Shown here: in pieces, positions 1 to 9,229 of the stretch | Numbering within the stretch: position 1 is the stretch's first letter | How the letters are laid out: each line of letters starts with the position of its first letter | Source of the DNA: Nemertoderma westbladi | Taxonomy: Eukaryota; Animalia; Xenacoelomorpha | Length of the DNA: 35,486 nt | Reading direction: 5' to 3' | NCBI GenBank assembly: GCA_032718475.1 | Contig: JAUCBJ010008646.1 | Location: 1-35,486, forward strand | Notes under the pieces: model-generated | Seen by the model: the letters and a program-made list of their open reading frames with translations, nothing else | Told to the model about the DNA's origin: nothing | The model's database searches: none | Made by a program: the position numbers and the translations under genes

Positions 1-150
1 AGAACTACTTCAGTCAAAATGTTTCACTTTCTATTGTGCTTTCTAACTGTTATTAAATTATTGTAAGAAAATATTTTTCGTCTAGGGTGGGGGGGGGGGG
101 GGGGGTCAAAAAACTGGAAAATTTGCGTGACATACTTTATGAACGCCCCC
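1..150. mobile_element. Right end of a PIF/Harbinger (Tourist-like) non-autonomous element, truncated by the window edge
   Basis: A G-run followed by GTCAAAAAACTGGAAAATTTGCGTGACATACTTTATGAACGCCCCC and then TTA (151-153) resembles Tourist/Harbinger terminal repeats with a TTA/TAA target duplication. The partner end is outside the window. Confidence 0.4.
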
Positions 151-780
151 TTATTTAGCATATATTAATATGTATAATATAATATATAATAATGTATACC
201 TGTCAGTTTTTAACGTTTTTTTAGTGTTTTTTTATAATGGTGAATGTTCTAGAACATTAGTAGATATATTTTATTAAGGTAGCTACTGTTTTTTTACTAG
301 CTATTATTCTTTGAAATTTTAAAAATACGGTACCGGTATTATTTTTATATTTGTTATTGGTAAGTGTTCGAGACACACTAGATATGATTTATTAAGGTAG
401 CTAGTGTTTTTTTTTTACTAGGTAGTAGTTTTTTCAAATTATAACAAATTTTGTGAAAACATTGATATTTCAGAATTAGGCCTAAACTGTTGCTGAATAT
501 ATTAGGCCTAATTATCAAAAATATTAATGATATTGTCCTAGAACAAGTTCGTTATCAATTAAGGTTCTAGAACACTTTGTTTTACTGGAACATTAAAAAT
601 AAATTAAATATTATATTGATCGTTTATACAAACCGAATAAATAAAAACAGCTAGTAAATAATTACTGGCTACGCTGACTATCTAATAACAATTACTAGCG
701 CTGTAATACTTATTAGTACTTTAGCAATTTAGCGGCAATTTACTTTATTTTATCTTTTAGATTCAATAATCCCCCTAACA

Positions 781-1634
781 ATGGCGGCGATCCGGGAACT
801 CAAAATGATCCCGGGTACCGAGGAGGTTGTCTTTGTGTCTATTTTCAACCTCCCCTGTATCATAAACTCAACAACTCTCTACGAAAAGGAATATCTACCG
901 CGATCCGGAGGTTCTAACGATTACAGGAGAGTCGCGGTTTCTACGGACGGGAACCGCGTTGCCTCGGGAGCCTGGGTGGGGGGGTCGGTGACTGTCTGGG
1001 AGCGGGAAGCGACCGGTTGGAGGGTCGTAGTGGAGGTACCGGGGAGGGAGTTAGTGGTTGGTGGGGGGGTGTATGAATTAGGTTGGGAATAGATATAAAT
1101 CCCTCCAACCGGGACGTCATTGCAACTTGTGGGGACGAAGGGGGGATTTCTATTATATCAATAACTGGGGGGAAATATAAGGTTACGAACTGGGTGGGGC
1201 ATTCTGGGGCGGTTTACTGTATTCGGTTCGACTCGAACGGGTCCCGGTTGGCCAGCTGTTCGAGTGATGGAACAGTAAAAGTTTGGGTGACCGGAACCCG
1301 GGAGATGTTGTATCAATACCGGGGGCACAGTGGGTCGGTCTGGAGTCTGGGTTGGGGTCCGGATGGGGAGTCAGTGGTGTCGGTAGATGGGGGAGGAGGG
1401 ATCCATCGCTTCGGTGTTGGTACAGGGGAGACCTTGTGGAGACAGGAAGCAACTCCTGAGGTCCGGGGGATCGTATTGAGTCCGAACGGATCCAGAATCG
1501 CTGCTGTTGGGGGAACACCGGGTTGATTTATATTCTAAATTCTGTAACTGGGGAGATTATCAACCGGATTGAAGGAACTGGGAGCGACATCGTTGCTGTC
1601 GATTTCTGTAAAGATGACCGGCATATTATTACAG
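781..1634 (+). CDS. Exon 1 of the Roco gene: about 7 WD40 repeats, interrupted by two frame disruptions (possible pseudogene allele or assembly error)
   Basis: Three successive frames (781-, 1083-, 1523-) give continuous WD40 repeats, e.g. GHSGAVYCIRFDSNGSRLASCSSDGTVKVW, GHSGSVWSLGWGPDG and GSDIVAVDFCKDDRHIIT. It ends at donor ACAG|GTAATT (1634/1635). An acceptor-like TATCTTTTAG ends at 760, just upstream of the ATG. Confidence 0.8.
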
Positions 1635-2657
1635 GTAATTAATTAATAGACCTCTTTTATTAAAACACGTTAAATTAATTAATTAGGCCTAGAGTCTAAT
1701 TCAGTACTGTACCACGTACCATAGTAAGTAATAATCATTATAACACTTAAATGAATTAATTACATTAATTATTATTATTTAATTTTATTTTATTTAATTA
1801 ATAATTTACTTACCGATATGATGCGGATTAACTGAACATTACCTTCACTGCCTCCTGCCAATATTGGGTACCATGGGAACGAAATTAAAATTAGTCTAAT
1901 ATCAGAATATAAACCATTACAACATAGTCCCTGTAGTCGGATAGTTTTAGGTGCAGTTTGGTTCCAGTAATAATGTAACATAAAAATAAACTAATAAACC
2001 AGCAATTAGCTTAATAATATTATGTATTCAGTTATCTGTTAGGTTGTTTGTTATTGGTTTGTATCAATGGCGTTTTAACCAACTGGTAGTTCTACTCAAA
2101 TAAACAAACTATAATGGTACCAATAGGCGTACCGGTACTGCAATGCAGTAAAGTAACTGTACAGAGAATACAACCGGTAATGTATAATAAAAACTTTCAT
2201 TTTTATGTCTGCCACACAGTCCCATTACTTAGGCATTCAACAAGGTGTATTATAATACACTACACCTTGCCCGTATTAAAGTGTAATTTTAGATAAGAAG
2301 GGACATCCCTAACCCACACCCCACCTTATTTTTATACAATCTTTATCATACTTTATTTAACATGGAGCTACGTAGAATTTTATTTTTTGAATTTATAGAC
2401 GTTTAACGTTTGCGATATCGCCCTCATTGCATTACGGCCATTCCTCATATTGGCCACAACGACATATTATTAGAAAGCTTGAGTTGTAAGGATTTCAAAT
2501 ATAAATATTTTGAGTTTCGTTGAGAAACAGCTGAGATATAATACTGGCGTTCAAAGAATGTGATAATTTATCATTCGCTGGAAGTCATTTAATATAATTA
2601 ATATAAACACAACATTCTAGAACGTGATATTATTTTTATTATTATTATCATTTTTAT

Positions 2658-2781
2658 TATTGTCCCGGCTATTGTTCCGCCTAGTGTCCCGCCTATTATC
2701 CCGCCTATTGTCCCGCCTATTGCCCCGCATATTGTCCTGCATATTGTCCCGCATATTGTTCTGCATATTGTCCCGCCTATT
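2658..2781. repeat. 12-bp minisatellite (TATTGTCCCGCC)n, about 10 units
   Basis: Visible tandem units; same unit as 4173-4340. Confidence 0.9.
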
Positions 2782-2996
2782 TTAATTGGTAGTTCGACCG
2801 ATGTAACAGTCTGAGATAACTCCCCACCAAATATGACTCCCCAGTCTTCTCAGCCTAGGCTGAGAACACTCCCTAGTTTACTTCCTAGATTTCTTAATTA
2901 ACGGAAAGGAGCAGGTTACAGTGGCGGGCTTTTCTAAGCAAAACAATAAACGATAACTCATTAACATAGGTAACAGTATATAGTATCGTGGGTAGT

Positions 2997-3847
2997 ATCC
3001 TGCCAAGTACCTAACTGATCTAGACTTTGCTGATGACTTAGGAGTACTCTCAGAATCATTAGAGGGAGCCCAGCGGCTCCTCAGCTCATTAGAACATGCT
3101 GCTTCTAGTGTTGGTCTTTTTATTAACTCCAGAAAGACCAAAATTCTGACAGTTAACTTTGAAAGTCCTCAGCAAGTCTCTGATCGGATGAGCATAAGCT
3201 CAAAGGATGGTATGCTTGAGCATGTGGACGACTTCTGTTACCTGGGATCATGGATCCGGAAGTCAGGTGAGGACCTTCGAATACGTAAGGGAAAGGCATG
3301 GGCAGCCTTGAATAGGCTTTCCAGGATTTGGAAGTCACCTAGAATTAATCGGAAACTTAAGGTCCGATTATTCAGAGCAGCAGTAGTTCCAGTACTCCTC
3401 TACGGGAGTCCATGCTGGGCTCTAACTGCTGAGGACACCAAATCTCTGGATGGCACATTCACAAGAATGCTACGCCGGGTACATTGTGTCAAGTACAATG
3501 CACACATCTCCAACCAGACACTATATAACATTGGAGGTGTCTCATTGGTTCCCCCAAGCTTGACACTAGAACAAAATCGCCTCCGCTTTGCAGGACATTG
3601 CTTTCGCCGTGAGGACCAGCCAGTGCATAATCTTGTACTTTGGCAGCCTCATGGAGTGAATAAGCATGGTGGACAGCCCATGACTTTCTTGAGACGCATC
3701 TTAAAGGACACTGGCCTTAAAGATGCGGATGATCTAGCAAATGTCATGCGTGATAGGGAGTTGTGGCGGTGCAATTTTGTTGACAAGCCGGCACAGCATT
3801 CTTAAAAATGCAGCTGCAATGCAGCATGCCGATCCTAGTAGTAGTAG
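2997..3847 (+). mobile_element. 5'-truncated RTE-clade non-LTR retrotransposon, copy 1 (RT C-terminal part, 3' UTR, (TAG)n tail)
   Basis: Frame open from 2999 to 3805: LDFADDLG, DFCYLGS, RIRKGKAWAAL, VVPVLLYGSPCW, RLRFAGHCFR. (TAG)4 at 3836-3847. Flanked by 16-bp direct repeats at 2981-2996 and 3845-3860. Confidence 0.92.
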
Positions 3848-4097
3848 TATCGCGGGTAGTTGTTTATATTAACAGTATACTGTATCATGGGTAGTTGTTT
3901 ATATTAACAGTATACAGTGTCGCGGGTAGTTGCTTATATTAACAGTATACAGTATGGCGGGTAGTTTTTTATATTAACAGTATACAGTATCGCGGGTAGT
4001 TGCTTATATTAACAGTATACAGTATCGCGGGTAGTTGTTTATATTAACAGTATACAGTATCGCGGGTAGTTGTTTATATTAACAGTATACAGTATCA
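3845..4097. repeat. 35-bp minisatellite (CAGTATCGCGGGTAGTTGTTTATATTAACAGTATA)n, about 7 units
   Basis: 35-bp period (3851, 3886, 3921). A partial unit also lies at 2971-2996, left of the RTE. Confidence 0.9.
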
Positions 4098-4172
4098 GTG
4101 AGATATTGTATTTCAGCTTCATACTTCGGCTCAGAAATATTGCAAAAAACTTATTTTTGTAATTTTAACCAT

Positions 4173-4340
4173 CCTATTGTCCCGCCTATTATCCCGTCTA
4201 TTGTCCCGCCTATTGTCCCGCCTATTATCCCGCCTATTTTCCCGCCTATTGTCCCGCCTATTATCCCGCCTATTTTCCCGCCTATTGTCCCGCCTATTGT
4301 CCCGTCTATTGTCCTGCCTATTGTCCCGCCTATTGTCCCG
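4173..4340. repeat. 12-bp minisatellite (CCTATTGTCCCG)n, about 14 units
   Basis: Visible tandem units; they explain the PPIV and GGTI repeat ORFs. Confidence 0.9.
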
Positions 4341-4432
4341 TTTATCATTGCAATAATCATTTTTTTACCTACCTTTTATATACCTTTTTTTTGCAATAAT
4401 AATTAGCTCTAAGAAAGTTTTACATGTCAGTT

Positions 4433-4778
4433 ATATTCGATGAAAAATTCAGGGTTGGAGCAAGTAAAATATTATTAATCAAATTTCAAATATAATTACA
4501 AATATATTTCGGTAGCTCAGCGCTATCATTATCAATAAAGTACAAATTCTAATATAAATTGCAGAATTGACTAATGTAACGTACGACTTAATATCTGTTG
4601 AAAATTGCACTAAAAACAGAATAAATGTTGTAACCAAAAAACAGAAGACATAGGCAGGTAAACGTATAGGGACCGTAGGTGCATACTGGAGAGCCTAACG
4701 AATTATATTTATAATTATATTTGTAACTTGATTAATAAAATTTAACTTGCTCCAACCCAGAATTTTTCATCGTAATAT
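4433..4778. mobile_element. MITE with about 85-bp imperfect terminal inverted repeats
   Basis: 4433-4518 (ATATTCGATGAAAAATTCAGGGTTGGAGCAAGT...) is the near reverse complement of 4691-4778 (...ACTTGCTCCAACCCAGAATTTTTCATCGTAATAT). No coding capacity. Confidence 0.8.
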
Positions 4779-4781
4779 TGG

Positions 4782-7700
4782 ATGTCAACTCAGTGGAAAG
4801 ACAGCTTAACAAAAATTATACTTTATACAGGAGATGATGACGGCACAATTACAGTAATTGATACGTACAGTAAAGATCAAACTGAAAGAAAGAAAAGTAT
4901 CAAACAGGTGGAAAGTATATTGGAGGAAACTGAAGAATTAAAGGAAATTGTTGAGTATATTGGATGGGTTGGTCCCATAAATAAACCACTCCATGGTAAG
5001 ATAACTGATATAATTATATCTACTGTTAATGTTCTTTCAGATAAAGAGAAAGAACTTTACTTTAGACTGGATGCAGATATTTCTGAGTTAACAACACAGA
5101 ATCTGGTTAGTATTTGGGGTTTAGATGAAGTTTCAACAATAGAAATCGTTAAAAAATTGAGAGACTTGGGACTTCTGTCTACAAGTGAATTAAATTCACT
5201 GAAAGTTCCAAAACTTTTAATTAATTATATAAAAGAACAAAAACGGCTGCCAATTGAGATACTGGCGAGAGGCCCAGAAGCATTGGCTGCTTATAAAGCA
5301 GCTCTTTCTAAAGGGACTACATGGATACTGAAAACCCGGTTAATGTTAGTTGGACAAGAGAGGGCTGGTAAAACAAGTTTGAAGAAGGCCCTTATTGGTC
5401 AACCGTTTGATATAAATGAACCAATAACTGATGGTATTGACTCATCTGCTAACTGTATTATAAATACCGAACAAAACACAGATTGGACCAACTTACGAGA
5501 TAAAGATAAAGAAAACTTGGAGAAAGATGTCAATGACTTTGTTACTAAACAAATAGCAAAAACTGTTCTAGAAAGTAAACAAGTTGCAGATAATAAAAGT
5601 GTGACTCCCATAGTTTCAACCTCTTCATCAGCAGCTAATGCTAAACCTACAGAGATTCCTATTACAGTTGCAAGTGGAAGTGGTAATAAAGTTCCAACCG
5701 TTAGTTTGTGGAGGAGGTTAGTTTCCAAATTTACACGCAATAAAGAACAAATCAGTATTGAAGGTGAAGTCAGGGTCACAGAGGGAAGCATTAGTAGACA
5801 TAAAGGAGGTACAGGATATATTCAATCCAAACGTGATTATTCTGAAACACAAATCCCAGCAAACATATCTAAAGGAGTAGAAGATATACTCACATCTGGT
5901 AAACCTCAAGATATTCTGGCTAAATTTATTGAGGAAGACAGTCGCTTTTCTCTACAGATAGTCGATTTTGGTGGCCAATGTATTTATTACACAACCCATC
6001 AGATATTTTTGAGCAGACGAGCTATTTATATAATTGTATTTAATCTCTTGGAAAATCTTGAAAAAACTGCTGATATTATTTTCAGATCTAATGAAAACAA
6101 TATTAATGAGTTTGTTTTCGGTGAGATTAAGAATATTGAGTTTATTGAATTTTGGTTAAAAAATATTTATTCATTTGGTACAAAACTAGAAGTAAATTCT
6201 TGTCCACCTGTTTTTGTAGTTGGAACTCATAAAGGCAGCTTACATGCTGATCCTGATACTCAATCTGTAATAGCAAGTAAAATATTTGAAAAGATTAAGA
6301 CCCATTTGGGTAAATCTTCATATACAGATAATCTAATTAAAGATTACATTGCTATAGAGAATAATAGAGAAATTATATATGGTGGAGAGAAAGGACTTGA
6401 AAATTTACAGGCAAATATTGTCAACGAAATGGCAAATTTTAAGGAGGAAATACCTTTACAATATCTAAAATTTGACCAACTTGTGTCTCAATTAATCACG
6501 GATGGTAAAGTTTATATTGACATAGACTTGCTAGAGATTAAATTAAAGGATATTGATGTAGAAATGGATAACATTGGTTTGAAAACCATGTTAGAATTTT
6601 ACCACGATTTAGGTACAATAATTTACTTTGATGATGAATCTCTAAGGGATACTGTTATACTGAGCCCAGAATGGTTGAGTGGAATGTTTACCAAAATAAT
6701 AACTGTAAAAGATAAAATAAAGAAACAACATTTTACTTTCTGGAAGGACCTGGATAACAATGGTATATTACATGAAGAACTCCTTGATTATCTGTGGGAA
6801 GGCGTTCTTGATAAAAAACAATTTATGTTGAATATTCTAGAACGTTTTGATTTATTATGTGAACGAGTTTTACCAAAAACCGAAAGAACATTGCAAGAGG
6901 ATGTAAAGTTGGCTTATTATGTACCTTGCCGCCTTAAATCTGTTAGATATACTCCATTCACACCAAGACAATGTAAAGTTGAATTTTATATTACATTCAA
7001 AAGTTTCTTACCGCAAGGATTGTACTACCGTTTAATTAAGAGAACTATAGATTTGTCATACATTGTAGGAGATAGAGTAATTCAACCTAAACTTTACCAC
7101 AGAGTTGCTCAAATATTTTTAGATTTTAATCATCAGGTAATTTTGGAAAGATCTTCTGTTTCATTAAATTGGATTAAAGTTCATGTAGTTAGATCTGAGG
7201 TGTTGAGTTTGGGCGATGAACAAACTGAAAGTAAACTTGCACCAGATCCGGATATTTTGAATAAAGTAAATCATTTCCTTAATACATCATTGAAGGAAAT
7301 TATCACCCAAATGAGATTTAAAAATATTTTATTTGATTTCGAAATAAAATGTGAATGTAATGCTAAATGCGATCAACATAGATTACTTGACTGCAATGAA
7401 GAAGGATGTTTTCACTTTGTTAAACTGGCTGATATTTTATCAAATAATTTTGTTCAATGTAAATTTAATAACTCTGTTAGAAGTCGATTTATTAGTGGAA
7501 AATTCCCTGTTGTTGGGAGATTTAGCTCACATTGGTTAAACATTACAACTAACCGAGATGACCTTATTGATAGAATGGAAATCTCAAAATTACTTGTATA
7601 CTTAGCAAGTAAGGGGGCTATATCAAAGGAAGTTTTAGCTGTTATTGAATCTAAGTCGAATTTGTTGAGTAAGAATAAGATTTTGTTGGAGTCAATAAAA

Positions 7701-8210
7701 TGGGGATCAGAAAATAATTACAAAATATTTATTGAAGCATTATATGTAACCAATCAACCGCTTTTGTTTGAAATTTTGCACGGAAAAATCAAAATGGAAG
7801 ACCAAATGTTCCCTGATATTCTAACAAAGTATAAATATATGTTAATGAATAATTTAGAACAAACTAAATTTGTGGCACAGCTTCTGGTTAACAGAAACGG
7901 TATAAGTAAATCTATCATAGAAATAATAGAATGCAAAGAATCAATAGATGATAAGAATGTTGTACTTATAAACGCAGTAATGAAAAGATCTTACAAGGAT
8001 TTTCTATCTTTTTGTAAATGTCTTCGTCTCACCAACCAACATCATTTAGCTGATACTCTAGAGGAAGCAACCAAAGGTTATAATGCGGATATTGTAGACA
8101 TTACCGATCAAGCTGATGAAGTTGCTGATATAGATAATACTAATCAAGGTGGAGAGGCCGCTGGGGTTATAGACGTTACCAATCAACCGGTGGAGAGGCT
8201 GCTGTTATAG
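4782..8210 (+). CDS. Roco protein main exon (true exon probably 4831-8210): end of last WD40, winged-helix-like segment, Roc GTPase, COR, Cys/His cluster, two CARD-like domains
   Basis: Uninterrupted 1142-codon ORF. Roc motifs: G1 LMLVGQERAGKTS (Gly at 5352), G2 TDGID, G3 DFGGQ (5964), YYTTHQIFLSRRAIYIIVFNL, G4 VGTHK (Thr at 6225). COR: IPLQYL, FYHDLGTIIYF, VILSPEWL, YYVPCRL, LPQGLYYRL. Two ~85-aa helical repeats end in FIEALYVTNQPLLFEIL and FCKCLRLTNQHHLADTL, the typical CARD helix 5-6 pattern. Confidence 0.92.
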   Translation: MSTQWKDSLTKIILYTGDDDGTITVIDTYSKDQTERKKSIKQVESILEETEELKEIVEYIGWVGPINKPLHGKITDIIISTVNVLSDKEKELYFRLDADISELTTQNLVSIWGLDEVSTIEIVKKLRDLGLLSTSELNSLKVPKLLINYIKEQKRLPIEILARGPEALAAYKAALSKGTTWILKTRLMLVGQERAGKTSLKKALIGQPFDINEPITDGIDSSANCIINTEQNTDWTNLRDKDKENLEKDVNDFVTKQIAKTVLESKQVADNKSVTPIVSTSSSAANAKPTEIPITVASGSGNKVPTVSLWRRLVSKFTRNKEQISIEGEVRVTEGSISRHKGGTGYIQSKRDYSETQIPANISKGVEDILTSGKPQDILAKFIEEDSRFSLQIVDFGGQCIYYTTHQIFLSRRAIYIIVFNLLENLEKTADIIFRSNENNINEFVFGEIKNIEFIEFWLKNIYSFGTKLEVNSCPPVFVVGTHKGSLHADPDTQSVIASKIFEKIKTHLGKSSYTDNLIKDYIAIENNREIIYGGEKGLENLQANIVNEMANFKEEIPLQYLKFDQLVSQLITDGKVYIDIDLLEIKLKDIDVEMDNIGLKTMLEFYHDLGTIIYFDDESLRDTVILSPEWLSGMFTKIITVKDKIKKQHFTFWKDLDNNGILHEELLDYLWEGVLDKKQFMLNILERFDLLCERVLPKTERTLQEDVKLAYYVPCRLKSVRYTPFTPRQCKVEFYITFKSFLPQGLYYRLIKRTIDLSYIVGDRVIQPKLYHRVAQIFLDFNHQVILERSSVSLNWIKVHVVRSEVLSLGDEQTESKLAPDPDILNKVNHFLNTSLKEIITQMRFKNILFDFEIKCECNAKCDQHRLLDCNEEGCFHFVKLADILSNNFVQCKFNNSVRSRFISGKFPVVGRFSSHWLNITTNRDDLIDRMEISKLLVYLASKGAISKEVLAVIESKSNLLSKNKILLESIKWGSENNYKIFIEALYVTNQPLLFEILHGKIKMEDQMFPDILTKYKYMLMNNLEQTKFVAQLLVNRNGISKSIIEIIECKESIDDKNVVLINAVMKRSYKDFLSFCKCLRLTNQHHLADTLEEATKGYNADIVDITDQADEVADIDNTNQGGEAAGVIDVTNQPVERLLL

Positions 8211-8523
8211 ACATTGCCAATCAATGTAATGTAGCTGTTGTTGTAGATGTTACCAATCAACAGGTGGAGAGGCTGCTGTTATAGACATTGCCAATCAATG
8301 TGATGTACAGTATAGCTGTTGTTGTAGATGTTACCAATCAACCGGTGGAGAGGCTGCTGTTATAGACATTGCTAATCAATGTAGTGTAGCTGTTGTTATA
8401 GATGTTACCAATCAACCGGTGGAGAGGCTGCTGTTATAGACATCGCCAATCAATGTGATGTAGCTGTTGTTAATGATGTTTCCAATCAATGTGTCTGGAA
8501 ATGCATCGTAGACAATTCTAATC
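8088..8523 (+). repeat. Degenerate 30-36-bp tandem repeat spanning the Roco stop codon
   Basis: Units such as GTTATAGACGTTACCAATCAA and GTTATAGACATTGCCAATCAA recur from the last coding codons (VIDVTNQ) into the 3' UTR. Confidence 0.8.
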
Positions 8524-8547
8524 ATAGTTTTATAAAAACATCTAATG

Positions 8548-8553
8548 AATAAA
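8548..8553 (+). promoter_or_regulatory. Candidate polyadenylation signal of the Roco gene
   Basis: First AATAAA after the stop codon and the terminal repeats. The region is AT-rich, so a chance match is possible. Confidence 0.35.
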
Positions 8554-9229
8554 ATTGAATTTTGTATAAGAACTCTAATTAATTGAAGACGATACAGACG
8601 GCTATTAAAGTGGTTATATTATTAAAATTATTAAATTGGTGTCATTAAAACCTTAATTGCAGATTCAATAATAGCTAGTAATTTAAATAAACGATAAACT
8701 ATAAGTTTTATATAGTGGTCAGCAGACTGGAAAGGTTTACCTATCAGTTGAAGGCTTTCACTTAGCTCAAGCTAACAAATTACACAGATTGACGGTAAGA
8801 ATTCATACTTTGTGTCACTTCCTGGCCTTTTTTCTTGAAAATATCACTAAAACTTGGTCAGCAAAGACCATCTGTCGATCAATGATTACATGCAAAATAA
8901 ATATAACATTTAATTCCAGTTGTTTGAATTAATAATAGCACAGTTGTTGACGTAAATTGCATTAAGAATTTTTTTTAATTAAATCATTTTTTGTGGTTGA
9001 AAAATTTGAAAAAAACTGAGTGATAAATATTTGTAGTGTTGGATGATAGACGCGATAAAATTTTACAATTTATGATTTTATTTGTAGAGAAGTGGTGACG
9101 AAGAAGTTTGAGAAGTGCAACAACATGATAGAAACTATTCTATTCGGAACCTGCCAGAAACGAAAATCTATGCGAAATCCGTCGGACTGGAAACTCTTTC
9201 AGAAAAGTGTTGGGCCAAAATTCTGAATT

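Larger units (their letters stand above)
1635..4830 (+). other. Phase-1 GT-AG intron (3,196 bp) of the Roco gene
   Basis: Donor GTAATT at 1635 and acceptor CTTTATACAG ending at 4830. Splicing gives in-frame RHIIT-G-DDDGTITVID, which completes a canonical WD40 repeat across the junction. Confidence 0.85.

Noticed and set aside
4098-4406. Pro/Ile-rich and Gly-rich ORFs on both strands
   Set aside because: Produced by the 12-bp minisatellite inside an intron.
4782-4830. ATG at 4782 as the true start of the Roco protein
   Set aside because: It lies 3 nt after a MITE and upstream of a good acceptor, and the WD40 repeat is completed only by splicing from 1634.
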